Assembly: GCA_028714635.1 (NCBI GenBank)
Contig: JAQTLZ010000003.1
Coordinates: forward strand, 21,237-85,236
Reading direction: 5' to 3'
Origin: Minisyncoccota bacterium
GTDB taxonomy: Bacteria; Patescibacteriota; Minisyncoccia; Phycocordibacterales; JAQTLZ01
Length of the DNA: 64,000 nucleotides
This document shows, piece by piece, positions 1 to 11,400 of this stretch. Under the pieces are notes generated by a model. The model ran no database searches, was not told where the DNA came from, and saw nothing but the letters and a program-made list of their open reading frames with translations. The first letter of the stretch is position 1, and each line of letters starts with the position of its first letter. The position numbers were made by a program, and so were the translations under genes.

Positions 1-83
1 GAATTTGAGGATCTCTGGCAGATGAGGATTGCGACCAACTTGGATCTTTTTCCATATATGCTCAATAATATCAAAAGCTCAAC

Positions 84-111
84 AAAAAATCCCGCCGAAG
101 CGGGATTTTTT
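84..111. terminator. Bidirectional intrinsic terminator hairpin AAAAAATCCCGC-CGAA-GCGGGATTTTTT
   Basis: Perfect 12-bp stem with a GC core and a 4-nt loop, with an A-run upstream and a T-run downstream. It lies 27 nt after the stop of the minus-strand RRM gene. Confidence 0.7.
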
Positions 112-137
112 GTCTTTTGGGAACTTACTAAAATTAA

Positions 138-422
138 TTAGTAGTTTCCTCGAGGAGCACGTGGAGCGCGAGGTTCCATAGGTCGAGCCTCATTTACGGT
201 GAGGGTTCGTCCATCAAGTTCCTTGCCATTCCACATGTTGATTGCAGCTTCTGCACCAGCATCGTCAGACATTTCGACGAAACCGAATCCTTTTGATCGG
301 CCAGTCATCTTGTCCATGATGATAGTAGCTGAAGTAACTGCACCTGCTTGTCCGAAAGCATCTTGCAATGCTTGCTGACTTGTAGAGTAGGAAATCCCAC
401 CTACGTATAGTTTCTTAACCAT
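138..422 (-). CDS. RRM-type RNA-binding protein (glycine-rich RNA-binding protein family)
   Basis: MVKKLYVGGISY...SKGFGFVEM carries the RNP2 (LYVGGL) and RNP1 (KGFGFVEM) motifs. The track ORF 138..488 has a 22-codon N-terminal extension that family length argues against, so I trimmed the start to ATG 422. Confidence 0.85.
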   Translation of the reverse strand: MVKKLYVGGISYSTSQQALQDAFGQAGAVTSATIIMDKMTGRSKGFGFVEMSDDAGAEAAINMWNGKELDGRTLTVNEARPMEPRAPRAPRGNY

Positions 423-537
423 GTAGCAAATGTATTCTTCTAAAAATGTTGTAAGGCGACCTTCTCTATCGCTTGTTTGCCGAAACACTTAAAGTGCATC
501 TGCTACCAAAACTTATGAGAAAACTCTTACAATGGGT

Positions 538-545
538 ATTATACA
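538..545 (-). promoter_or_regulatory. Extended -10-like TGTATAAT element upstream of the RRM gene, implying a ~100-nt 5'UTR
   Basis: Minus strand reads GGTGTATAATAC. The same TGTATAATAC sequence occurs upstream of the giant gene. Confidence 0.35.
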
Positions 546-554
546 CCTTTTGCG

Positions 555-594
555 GAAAAAAGCAAGCCCAGGCACCTAATTTAGGTGCCTGGGC
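555..594 (-). terminator. Intrinsic terminator for the GT8/giant-gene transcript
   Basis: Perfect 11-bp GC-rich stem GCCCAGGCACC-TAATTTA-GGTGCCTGGGC at 566..594, followed on the minus strand by UUGCUUUUUUCC. Confidence 0.7.
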
Positions 595-605
595 AAGTCT
601 CGAGC

Positions 606-634
606 GGAAAACATACTATATATGTATGTTTTCC
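606..634. other. Second perfect 11-bp hairpin (GGAAAACATAC-TATATAT-GTATGTTTTCC) overlapping the last codons and stop of GT8 paralog 1
   Basis: Perfect inverted repeat seen directly in the sequence. It sits in tandem with the terminator hairpin. Confidence 0.5.
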
Positions 635-1521
635 GCCTCCTTTAGATTCTCCATCCATTCGTCGTAAAACGGGCTTTCCTTTTTCCACGGCTTTACAGCA
701 AATCCCGCGAAATGGAGGACTGCTTGCGAAAAATCTTTGGGAGAATAGGTTGGAATGTCATTTTGTTCCTTTGCCATTGTATCTATTGCAGAGAACCCTT
801 CTCTTTCCACTTTCTCCATAATTTCTTTCGTCTTTTCAGGAGATAATGATACGGGCACAAAATGATTATATGTTTCGGGAAGCAGTCCCCAGTTTCTATA
901 AAAATAAAGATTGAAAATTGGCTGTTCGCCGTATTTGCTAAGAATGGCAAAATCAGAGATCAAAGCCGAACAGATATCAAAAGAGTTATCTTTGATTATG
1001 TCGCTCGAAAAGGTGAAGACCCCAGTATTGAATGACCTCTGTCTCAGATCAAACTTACTAGTGAGATTTTGGAAACAAATCTGTTTTTGCCCATCCCACT
1101 TCTTCGGCTCAAAAAACGGATGGGTAAATTGATGGGAGAGCGGAGCGGCATTCATATCTTCGGTTGCCCAAAAACCTTTTAATTTGGACAGCTCCTGGAG
1201 CGAAGAGCGCACCATAGTGTCGGCATCTAAAAAGACGATGTGTTGCCATTGCCGGAAGAAAGGGGTGAGAAGATAAAATTTCCCCAACACAGACGGATGA
1301 CTATAGATACTACCTCGGATAGAAAGAAAATTGGAAACGTGGTGAATAAAGATATTTTTTTCATTAAACCACTGAAGTTCTGGAGCATTTTCTGGAACTT
1401 CGTAGGCGATAAGACAGTAATCTCCCTGCCAGCTTCCTCTGCGGTGAGCGCTCCCAAAAAGCTGTTTCGCATGTTCGAGAAAATTACTATCAGCAAGCGT
1501 TACTAAAACAGAGTCTTTCAT
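616..1521 (-). CDS. Glycosyltransferase family 8 (retaining UDP-sugar transferase), paralog 1
   Basis: Carries the DxD motif IVFLDADTMV, FNTGVFTF and the C-terminal HFAGxxKPW motif typical of GT8 (glycogenin/RfaJ-like). It is paralogous to 1548..2369 and 61410..62390. The start could instead be ATG 1551 (ATGA overlap with the upstream stop); I chose 1521 by paralog alignment (MKDSVLVTLAD). Confidence 0.7.
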   Translation of the reverse strand: MKDSVLVTLADSNFLEHAKQLFGSAHRRGSWQGDYCLIAYEVPENAPELQWFNEKNIFIHHVSNFLSIRGSIYSHPSVLGKFYLLTPFFRQWQHIVFLDADTMVRSSLQELSKLKGFWATEDMNAAPLSHQFTHPFFEPKKWDGQKQICFQNLTSKFDLRQRSFNTGVFTFSSDIIKDNSFDICSALISDFAILSKYGEQPIFNLYFYRNWGLLPETYNHFVPVSLSPEKTKEIMEKVEREGFSAIDTMAKEQNDIPTYSPKDFSQAVLHFAGFAVKPWKKESPFYDEWMENLKEAENIHI

Positions 1522-1547
1522 AGAGATTAATGGTGCCTTTGTTAAAA

Positions 1548-2369
1548 TCATATCTCAAGAGATTCGGCTTCCGCAAGATTTTCTTTCCATTCGTCATAAA
1601 ACGGACTAGTCTTATCCCACGGCTTCTTCGCTAACCCAGCAAAATGGACGATACTTGCATCTTTGGCATGTTCGATATTCTCGGAATCACTTCGAGTTGC
1701 AGAAATAAATCTATTGAATTTTTCTGGTAAAGGATCCCAATTTTTGTAGAAAAATAAATTTAAAATCGGTTGGTCGCAATACCGCTCTATCAAGTAATAG
1801 CACTCGAAAAGTTCGGAAATGCGGGCAAATGTATCAGGAAGTACGAGGGATGATGGAAACGACAGCACGCCTGAATTAAAAGAAGGAGTAGAAAGATCAA
1901 AGTTTTTCTTCAAATCTTTGAGCATATTTTCTGTTACCGCATCCCATTTGAAAGCATCGAATGTCGGACTAAAAAACTGCCGTTCAAGCGGAGCATTTTC
2001 CATGTCATATGATGCAGAAATACCTTCCCCTGCCGAAAGCTCTTCTAGAGAAGCTCGAACAATAATATCCGCATCAAGAAAAACAATTTGCTTCCACTGT
2101 CTAAAAAAGTTGGTGAATAGGTGAAATTTTCCAAACTGCGCGGGTAGACGGAATACTCCACCATCTTGTTTTTTCAAAACTGGCCAGGGACAGGCGTGGA
2201 TGAAAATGCCTTTTTCTCGAAACCACAAAAGTTTTTCGTGGGGCACATCGCAAGCGATGAGTGCGAAATCACCTTTCCACTCGCCTTTATGATGCGCACT
2301 TCCAAAAAGCTGTTTCGCCTGGTCGAGGAAACTGGAGTCAGCGAGAGTTACGAGAACCGAATCTTTCAT
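1548..2369 (-). CDS. Glycosyltransferase family 8, paralog 2
   Basis: MKDSVLVTLADSSFLDQAKQLF..., IVFLDADIIV (DxD), FNSGVLSF and HFAGLAKKPW. It begins 40 nt downstream of the giant gene with no terminator between. Confidence 0.75.
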   Translation of the reverse strand: MKDSVLVTLADSSFLDQAKQLFGSAHHKGEWKGDFALIACDVPHEKLLWFREKGIFIHACPWPVLKKQDGGVFRLPAQFGKFHLFTNFFRQWKQIVFLDADIIVRASLEELSAGEGISASYDMENAPLERQFFSPTFDAFKWDAVTENMLKDLKKNFDLSTPSFNSGVLSFPSSLVLPDTFARISELFECYYLIERYCDQPILNLFFYKNWDPLPEKFNRFISATRSDSENIEHAKDASIVHFAGLAKKPWDKTSPFYDEWKENLAEAESLEI

Positions 2370-2408
2370 ACCGCTATATTTTCAGAAAACGGGAAATTGC
2401 GCAAGAAA

Positions 2409-5400
2409 CTATGGAGTGGCAGGCGCGTCAGACGGGGGTGGAGTTGAGTCTGAAGGAGGAGGTGTCTCTTCTTGCGGAGGAGGCGGAGTATCTTCTGGCG
2501 AGACTTCTGGTGCGGGAGTTTCGGTGACCTCTCCCGATTCATCTGGAGTTGGAGTCACTTCGGGAGATTCAGCTGGTGATTCTGCTGGAGTCGGAGTGGG
2601 AGTTGTCTCTTCCTCGCCTCCGCTTACCTCTGGAGAAGGTGTTGGTGTCGGAGTTCCTGATGAATCACCGCCTCCGGAAACTTCTGGAGTGGGTGTTGCC
2701 TGCCCAGTTCCCGCCCCGTCGTCCGACAGGGGTGTTGAACTAGGAATCGGTGTTGCATCTACCGTAGGAGTTGGAGTTGCTGAAGATACATTATCCGCAC
2801 AATCACCATCCTCGCTTCTCAACACTCCATTTTCGGTAAAGACACAAACAGGATTTCCGGTCTTTCTGTCGTAGATGACCACTCCAGTTTTGGAAACATC
2901 GGCAGAATTTTTGATAGTAAGATTATCAACGACAGCATTTTTCGCTTTCAAATCAATTGTTTCTACACTCTGGAAGATCCCGGCGATAGCAGTGAGTCTC
3001 TCGACCGCAAGATTTTTCACGTAGGAAATCATGTCGGTCATAACGATACCGAGAGATTCAAACGAGCCTCGGACAGAATCTGACACTTGTGAAAGAGCGC
3101 TCGAAGCAACAGATGCCGTGATTGATGAAGAAGAAACCGCTCCTTGCTTATTCTCGACGAAAACAAGAACGGTGTTGTCGGAAGAATCATAACTTCCAGA
3201 AAATGCTTCGAGTGCTAGACCAACAGAGTCTTCATTTGATGACGCCTTCTTCCCAACGCCCGCTACAGATGAAAGAGAAATCCTATCTCCAATACTAATC
3301 GCGCCTCCTTCAAGGTTTACTTTCACAGGCACGCGACCAGAGAGAGCGATCGGCACTTTCCTGTCATTTGGGAAACGATTGTCGCCAAAACCTCCAAGTT
3401 CAACTCCGGGCTTAGTAGAGACAATTCCAAGGAGCGGAGCATTCTCCGATCGTCTCGCCGTTTTTACAAAGACAGGATTGTCTAGGTCAAGAGAAACAAT
3501 TTCTGCAGCAGAAAGTTCGTCATCTTCAGTTGGATACCTTTCTGCAAGGTCGGTGGAAGTGATTGAGGTAGAGTTTGCATAAATAGTTCCGGCAGTTGTA
3601 GCGGCTGAACAATCTCCATTGTCATCTACACAAAGCCAGCCGTTTGAAACCTGGACATTTGCTTGATTGGTGCCGTCACCGACAGTAAGAGCTTGCGGAG
3701 GAGTAGAAGTTCCAATACCAACAAAAGAAGTACTGGCTCCAATACCTCCAAGAATAATCGAGTTGTCTTGATCTGCAAGCGCGCCGTTACCCAAAACAAC
3801 TGAATTGCTTACCCCACTACCCACAAGGGCAGCGTAGCCGATGATCACGTTAGTATTTCCACTCACTGTCCTTCCCGCACAAGTTCCGAGGATGATGTTA
3901 CTATTTCCGCTCACCGCATCAGCGCCTGCCTGGAACCCACCAATGTAGTTATAGTTTCCGGACACGCCACAGAGGCCTGCGCAAGTTCCAAGCACCACGT
4001 TGTCGGTCCCATCTCCCGCTCCGGTGATGTCATTGCCCCACGCACAGACACCTCCGATAAAATTACAAAAGCCGACCACTCCACAATATCCCGCCTGTGT
4101 TCCCAAAACAACGTTATTCTGCCCAATTCCATTTCCCGCGTTATCATTTCCCCATGCAGCGGTTCCCCCTATGAAGTTGCAGCTTCCCTGAATTCCACAA
4201 TAACCGACACTATCTCCAAGAAGAACATTTTGAACACCTGAAACACCAAACGCTCCAGTATATCTACCGATTACTGTATTATCATTTCCTACTATCCCGC
4301 AATACCCCGCGCAGGTTCCAAACACTACGTTATTAGAGCCGACTCCCGTTCCCTCCGTATCATTCCCCCACGCGCAGGTACCCCCGATGAAGTTGTTACA
4401 GGCACCACTTGCAAGACCGCAAAGACCTGCGCAGTAACCGAGAATAGTGTTGCACGAACCGGTGCGGCCATTTTGCCAATTTCCTCCGGCATATTCACCT
4501 GCGATGAAGTTATCGCTTCCGTCTACTCCGTCAGTACCTGCTCCAGCAAAAGTTCCGATAATGGCATTAGCATTTCCAGATACCCCATAGCGACCAGCAA
4601 AAGTTCCAAGCGCAATGTTGTTGTTACCAGTGCCTCCTCCTGTATCTTGCCCCCACGCACAGACACCTCCGATAAAGTTATTCGTACCACACACTCCATA
4701 AAGGCCAGCGCGAGTACCGAGAATAGTATTGCACGAACCGGTGAGAGAATAGTATGCGGCACAGACTCCGAGGACGGCGTTGGAAGAACCCGTGACACCA
4801 TTATAGCCGGCCTGGGAACCAATAATAGTATTTTCTTGTCCTGAAACTCCAAGGAGACCGACTTGAGAACCAAGAAGAGTGTTGCAAGCACCGGAGACTC
4901 CTTGAGCCCCTGCATTCGATCCAATCAGAATGTTATCATCGGCCGAAATTCCATACTGCCCAGCGAAAGATCCGAGAATAATAGCCCTGTTACTAACTCT
5001 GCCACTGGTCCAACTTCCTCCAGCATTCTGGCCTGCAATGAAGTTCGCGTCGCCGCAGACTCCTCCAAATCCGGCGGCGGAACCCGCAATGAAGTTGTCA
5101 TTACCCTGCAAAGAAATGAGTCCGGCGGTATAACCGATGACTGTATTTCTATCACCACACGCGCCACCATAAGCAGCATGGAAACCGAGAATGGCATTTT
5201 TGTCCCCTTCAATACCGCAGAAGCCAGCGCTGGTTCCGAGTACCACATTATCCGTTCCATTACTTCCACTCTGCCAATCGCCTCCGGCATAAGAACCGAT
5301 GAGGGTGTTATCCGAACCACACAGTCCCTTGAATCCGGCTCGGTAACCGATAAGAGTGGCGTAGGTACTGTTGAGACCATTTGTCCAATTAGCTCCAGCC

Positions 5401-8400
5401 TCTGTACCGGCAATGAAGGAATTATCTGTACACACGCCATTATTGCCGGCATTCGTTCCAAGAATCGTATTATCGGTATGTCCTGCAGTAAAGTTTTGAA
5501 AATTTGAAAGGGCATTTGCTCCTATAACAGTGTTGTAAGAACCGCCCAGTCCTCCAAGTCCAGCTTGATAGCCGATGACAGTATTACCTGTGTTGCAAAT
5601 ACCCGCATAAGCTGCTTTGTACCCGATGGCGGTGTTGTAATTGCCATCACCTCCAGTAGCCGAAGCTCCCCATGCAAGATTTCCGAGGGCAAGGTTTTCT
5701 ATTCCGCAGATTCCATTCTGTCCAGCTTGATGTCCGATGGCAGTATTAAACGAACCACAGAAAGTTGACCAATTTGATCCGGCATCTTGACCAATGAATG
5801 TGTTGCCGGGACCGCAGACCCCACAGAAACCTGCGTACGAACCAATGAGAATGTTGCCATCTTGCCCCGCGCAAATTCCACAGAAGCCAGCTTGATAGCC
5901 GATGATAGTGTTGCATGCTCCGGTGCGACTACTTGTCCAATCTGCGCCAGCTTGAAATCCGCCGATAAAGTTGTAAGAACCGCATACGCCACAGAGGCCT
6001 GCGTTCGCACCCAAGAGCACGTTTTCGTCTCCGTAGACGCCACAGTAGCCGGCGCACATCCCCGCAATGAAGTTGTTGCTTCCGACGTTTCCACAATAGC
6101 CCGCTTGGTAGCCGAGGATAGTATTTTTATCTCCTGTGGTTCGTCCGCTCTGCCAATCAGCCGCCGCTTGGTACCCCATGATCATATTGTTGCTTGCGGG
6201 AACTCCAGCAAGGCCAGCGCCATCTCCAAGGATTACATTTCCGTTAGCACTTACAAAGTTCCCGCTAACATCCACCCCGTCCACCAAAAATGTTCCGCTG
6301 ACATTAACATCGCCCGCGACATCAAGGGCGTAACCGGGAGTAGTGGTACCGATGCCGATGTTTCCGTTATTTGCTATGTAAAATTTCGTCGTCGTTGAGA
6401 CGCCATCAGCAGTGACGAAGTTTATCGCTCCGCCATTATCAGCTTCAAAATTGAGATCGCCCGCCGATGTGATGCCGACCCCCGCGCCTCCAGCCGCCGT
6501 ACTAAAGAAAGAGTCGTCTGGGAAAATAAGTTTGTTTCCGGTGCCGGAAATTTTAATATTGCCATTTACTTCCAATGGATAGCTCGGATTGGTGAGACCG
6601 ATACCGACATTGACAGCATCTGCGCCCGTTCCACCCAAGACGATGCTGCACGACGAAGAAACGATGGCGTTGTGACCAATCGCTGTTGCATTGGTCAATG
6701 CACCCGAAGCGACATCCGCTCCGGAACCCAAGGCGAGGTTATTGTCGCCAGTAGTATTCGTCGCCCCAGCTTTATATCCAAGAAAAGTATTATTGCCGCT
6801 CCCACTCGTTGTGAGATACCCAGAGCAGGTGCCGAGGAAAATGTTTTCATTCCCTGAAGGACCAGACCAGCCAGCACAGGTGCCGATCAGAATATTGTCG
6901 ACTCCGGAGCTTCCACAGAAGCCAGCTTGGGTGCCCGCGATGAAGTTGCTGCTACCAGCAATTCCGCAGAAGCCAGCGCAGTATCCGAGAACAGTGTTGT
7001 ATTGACCACCTCTTCCAGACTCCCAATTTCCTCCGGCAGAAGTACCACCAATGAAATTGTTTGAACCGCAGACTCCGCAAAAACCGGCGCAGTAACCAAT
7101 GATTGAGTTATCATCCCCCGTAACTCCGTAATAACTGGCGTTACCACCCATAAGAGCATTGTAATTTCCAGTAATTCCGCAGTAACCGGCACTGTAACCA
7201 AGAAGCGTGTTGTTGATTCCCGTTCGCCCACTCTGCCAGTTGCCTCCGGCAAGCGTACCGATAAGAGTGTTGTCATTGCCGCAGACTCCGCAGAAACCAG
7301 CGCAGTGGCCGATGATAGTGGAATAAGCTCCGTTAAATCCATCCGTCCAATTAGCTCCAGCCTCAGTGCCGGCAATGAAGTTGTTGTATCCATCGATACC
7401 GCAATAGCCAGCGCAGGTGCCAATAATAGTATTGTCTCCGCCTGTCATGCCGCTCTGCCAGTTTGCTCCGGCAGATGAGCCGATAACGGTTGTGTTCCAG
7501 CCGCAGAGGCCTTTATAGCCAGCACAATAGCCAAGAATGGTATTCTGACCTCCCGTAAAACCGCTCTGCCAGTTTGCTCCGGCATAGGAGCCGATAACGG
7601 TTGTGTTCCAGCCGCAGAGGCCGCAATAGCCAGCGCAGATACCAATAATAGTATTCTCACTTCCTGTAAAACCGCTCTGCCAATTCCCTCCTGCACAGGA
7701 GCCGATAACGGTTGTGTTCCAGCCGCAGAGGCCTTTATAGCCAGCACAATAGCCGAGAATGGTATTCTGACTTCCTGTAAAACCGCTCTGCCAGTTTGCT
7801 CCGGCATAGGTGCCGCCGATCAAGTTATTGCTCCCATTGATTCCGCAATAGCCAGCGCAGGTGCCGAGTACCACGTTGTCGGTCCCAGTCGTTCCTGAAA
7901 TATCGTTCCCCCAAGCATTGTTACCAATAATTGAGTTACTACCTCCTTGCATCCCACAGTACCCAGCGCAATGCCCAAGGAGAACATTGTAAGAACTGGC
8001 TCTTCCACTTTGCCAGCAGGCTCCCGCATCGGTGCCGATAATGACTTGGTCGCTGCCACAGAATCCACGAAGGCCTGCACGCCTTCCGATTAACACCCCA
8101 TCTGAACCTCCAAATCCAGACTGCCAATTTGAACCAGCTTCTTTACCAATGATGGTGTTACCATATCCAACAACTCCACAATAACCAGCACAACTGCCGA
8201 GAATAATGTTGTCGGTACTAGTGAAGCCTGACTGCCAATTTCCTCCGGCATATGTACCGCCAATGAAGTTATAGGAACCAGCCACTCCGCAATAGCCCGC
8301 ATCAAGACCAAGGATGGTGTTCGAGTTACCACTAATCCCACAAGTGCCAGCGTTGACACCTATAATAATGTTGCAGACCCCGCCCATTCCACTCTGCCAA

Positions 8401-11400
8401 TTTCCTCCGGCATTCGTGCCAATAAGTGTATTATCCGAACCGCAAACTCCGCAGTAGCCGGCACAAGAACCAATGATAGAATTGTTACTTCCTGATACTC
8501 CACAGTAGCCCGCACAGGAACCGATAAGTGAGTTTGAACTTCCCGAAACTCCCCGAAAACCAGCTTGATTTCCAAGGAGAAGATTGTTAGAACCGGTAAA
8601 TCCTGAAGTCCAATTTGCTCCGGTGTTCGTACCAAGAAGCGTGTTGCCACTTCCACACACACCGCAATAGCCAGCGCCACAACCACCGATAAAGTTATTA
8701 TTTCCAGAGATTCCGCAGAAGCCAGCGCAAGTGCCAAGAATTATGTTGTCAGTACCGGTTCGCCCACTCACCCAGTTCGCCCCAGCTTGGTTACCGATAA
8801 GTGTATTCACATTTCCACAAACTCCGCAGAGACCAGCATATGAACCGAGAATGACGTTGCCGGATGCCGAGATACCGCAGAAGCCTGCTTGATAACCGAG
8901 GATGGTGTTGCATGCGCCTGTGCGTCCGCTCTGCCAACAAGCACCGGTTTGTACGCCGGCAATGAAGTTACTAGGGCCAAAGATTCCGCAATAACCGGCA
9001 CAGGTGCCAAGTACTATGTTTCCATTTCCAGTGCTTGCAGTTGTCCTTTGATCCCCCCACGCACTGTCACCCACAACAAAGTTGCTCGTCCCACAAATAC
9101 CACAGTAGCCGGCACGATAACCGAAAATAGTGTTGCACGAACCGGAATTCGCACCGTTCCAATTACCACCGGTCTCATAGCCACCCAAGAGGTTGTTCGA
9201 ACCGCACACACCGTTGTAGCCGGCGTGATATCCGAGGAGAACATTATTGTTTGCTCCTACAAATCCTCCGCCAAAATTCACACCATTCACAAAATAGCCA
9301 CCTGAGACATTCACATCTCCTACCACATCAAGATCGTAACTTGGAGTAGTGGTGCCGATACCAACCTTTCCGTTATTCAAAATCGTAACCGGAGTGAGAC
9401 CGTTTGTCGCAAATGTAATCTTGCCGCTACCGCTGAAATCATCATCTGCAGCAAAGGAGAGATCGCCAGCCGCTGTCATACCGCTTCCTCCACCAACAGC
9501 AGTACCGATGAAAGTACCGTCTGGGAAATAAAGACCGTTGCTTCCGCCTTCAATTTTTATATTTCCATTTACGTCGAGGGCATGATCCGGAGTAGATGTG
9601 CCGATACCAACAAAAGTACAAGCACCGCCCAAAACTATAGCGTTGTCCTTTCCTACGACAGCGTTATAACCGATTGCCGCGGAATGAATAAGACCATCGA
9701 CTGCAACGTCTGCTCCATCGCCTAAAAGAAGAAGGCTCGAACCGCAGACATTGCTTATGCCCGCAGAAACTCCGACGAATGTGTTATTCCCACCAGTTGT
9801 ATTAGCATTGCCAGCATTCAGCCCGATGAAAACATTACTACTTCCCGAAGTATCGCCATTGCCTGCTACAGAACCAAGAAAGACGTTATTCGTTCCAGAA
9901 GTTCCCCCCGCTCCAGCATTTACTCCTGCCATGAAGTTGCCGGAACCGGAGATACCGTTCATTCCTGCACCTGTTCCAAGAATAATGTTTTGAGTTCCCT
10001 CTCTACCTGATTGCCAATTCGCTGCGACACACGAGCCGATGATGATATTGCAAGAACCGCAAACTCCGCAAAATCCTGCACAAGTGCCGAGGATAATATT
10101 ATCGCTCGCAAAAATTCCGCAGTAGCCGGCACAATGTCCAATGATAGTATTGAAATCGCCGCTATACGTGCTCTGCCAATTTCCTGCAACACAGGTGCCG
10201 GCAATAAAGTTATCGTCTCCACAGATTCCGCAATAGCCGGCGCAGTGGCCGAGTATGACGTTGCAATAACCTGAAATTCCGCAATAACCGGCACAAGCGC
10301 CGCCGATGAAGTTAAAATCTCCCGACACACCATAGTAAGCAGCGTAATTTCCGAGAATACTATTCCCATTACCACAAAGTCCGCAGGCTCCCGCAGAAGG
10401 ACCAATGATAGTGTTGTTTCCTCCCATCCTCCCGCCTACCCAGTCCCAGCCGGCAAAAAACCCGAGAAGCGTATTGTCATTCCCGCAGACTCCATGCTCT
10501 CCAGCACCGGCACCAATAATGTCATTAGCAACTCCAGAAACCCCGCACGCTCCGGCCGAAGCTCCAATAATGGTGTTGAAGTAACCAGTCCTTCCGCCCG
10601 ACCAATCATAGCCAGCACAAACGCCTGCGATGAAGTTGCAGGAACCAACTATTCCTTCATAGCCGGCGCAGGTGCCGAGGATAACGTTATTATTTCCAGC
10701 AGAACCACCGTTCCAACTAGCACCAGCATTAAAGCCGATGGCTGTGTTGTAATCTGCACCTGTATAAAAACCACAGAAAGCGGCGCACGTTCCGAGAGCT
10801 ATGTTGTTATTGCCACAAAATCCGCCACCCCAACAAGCACCAGCGGAAGTACCGGCAACGAAGTTATTATTAGCACAAGTACCTTTGTAGCCAGCGCAGG
10901 TGCCGAGAAAAGTATTGTTAGCACCACCATAACCGCCCTGCCAGCAAGCACCAGCCGAATAACCGATCAGCGTGTTATAGCATGCTCCATTATAGAGACC
11001 ATTAAACCCGGCGCTGTCACCAAGGATAATGTTACTAGAACCACAAAATCCACCTGTCCAATTTCTAGCCGCACACGAGCCACCAATAAAGTTGTCTGAA
11101 CCGCACACCCCGCCCGCGCCCGCATGATCGCCAATGACAGAGTTACTGCTTCCGTAGAGACCGTTAAAGCCAGCAAAATTTCCGAGAATAACATTGCTGC
11201 CTCCCGGGAGTCCCGCCTGCCAATTACCTGCGGCGCAGGTACCGCCTATGTAGTTGCCACTGCCACCGACACCAGCCGCACCAGCGTAAGCACCGAGAAT
11301 AGTGTTCGTGGTACCATTATTTCCACTATTCCAAACTCCTCCCGCTCCCACGCCTCCGATAAAGTTTGAGCTTCCAAAAACTCCGGACGCTCCAGCACTT

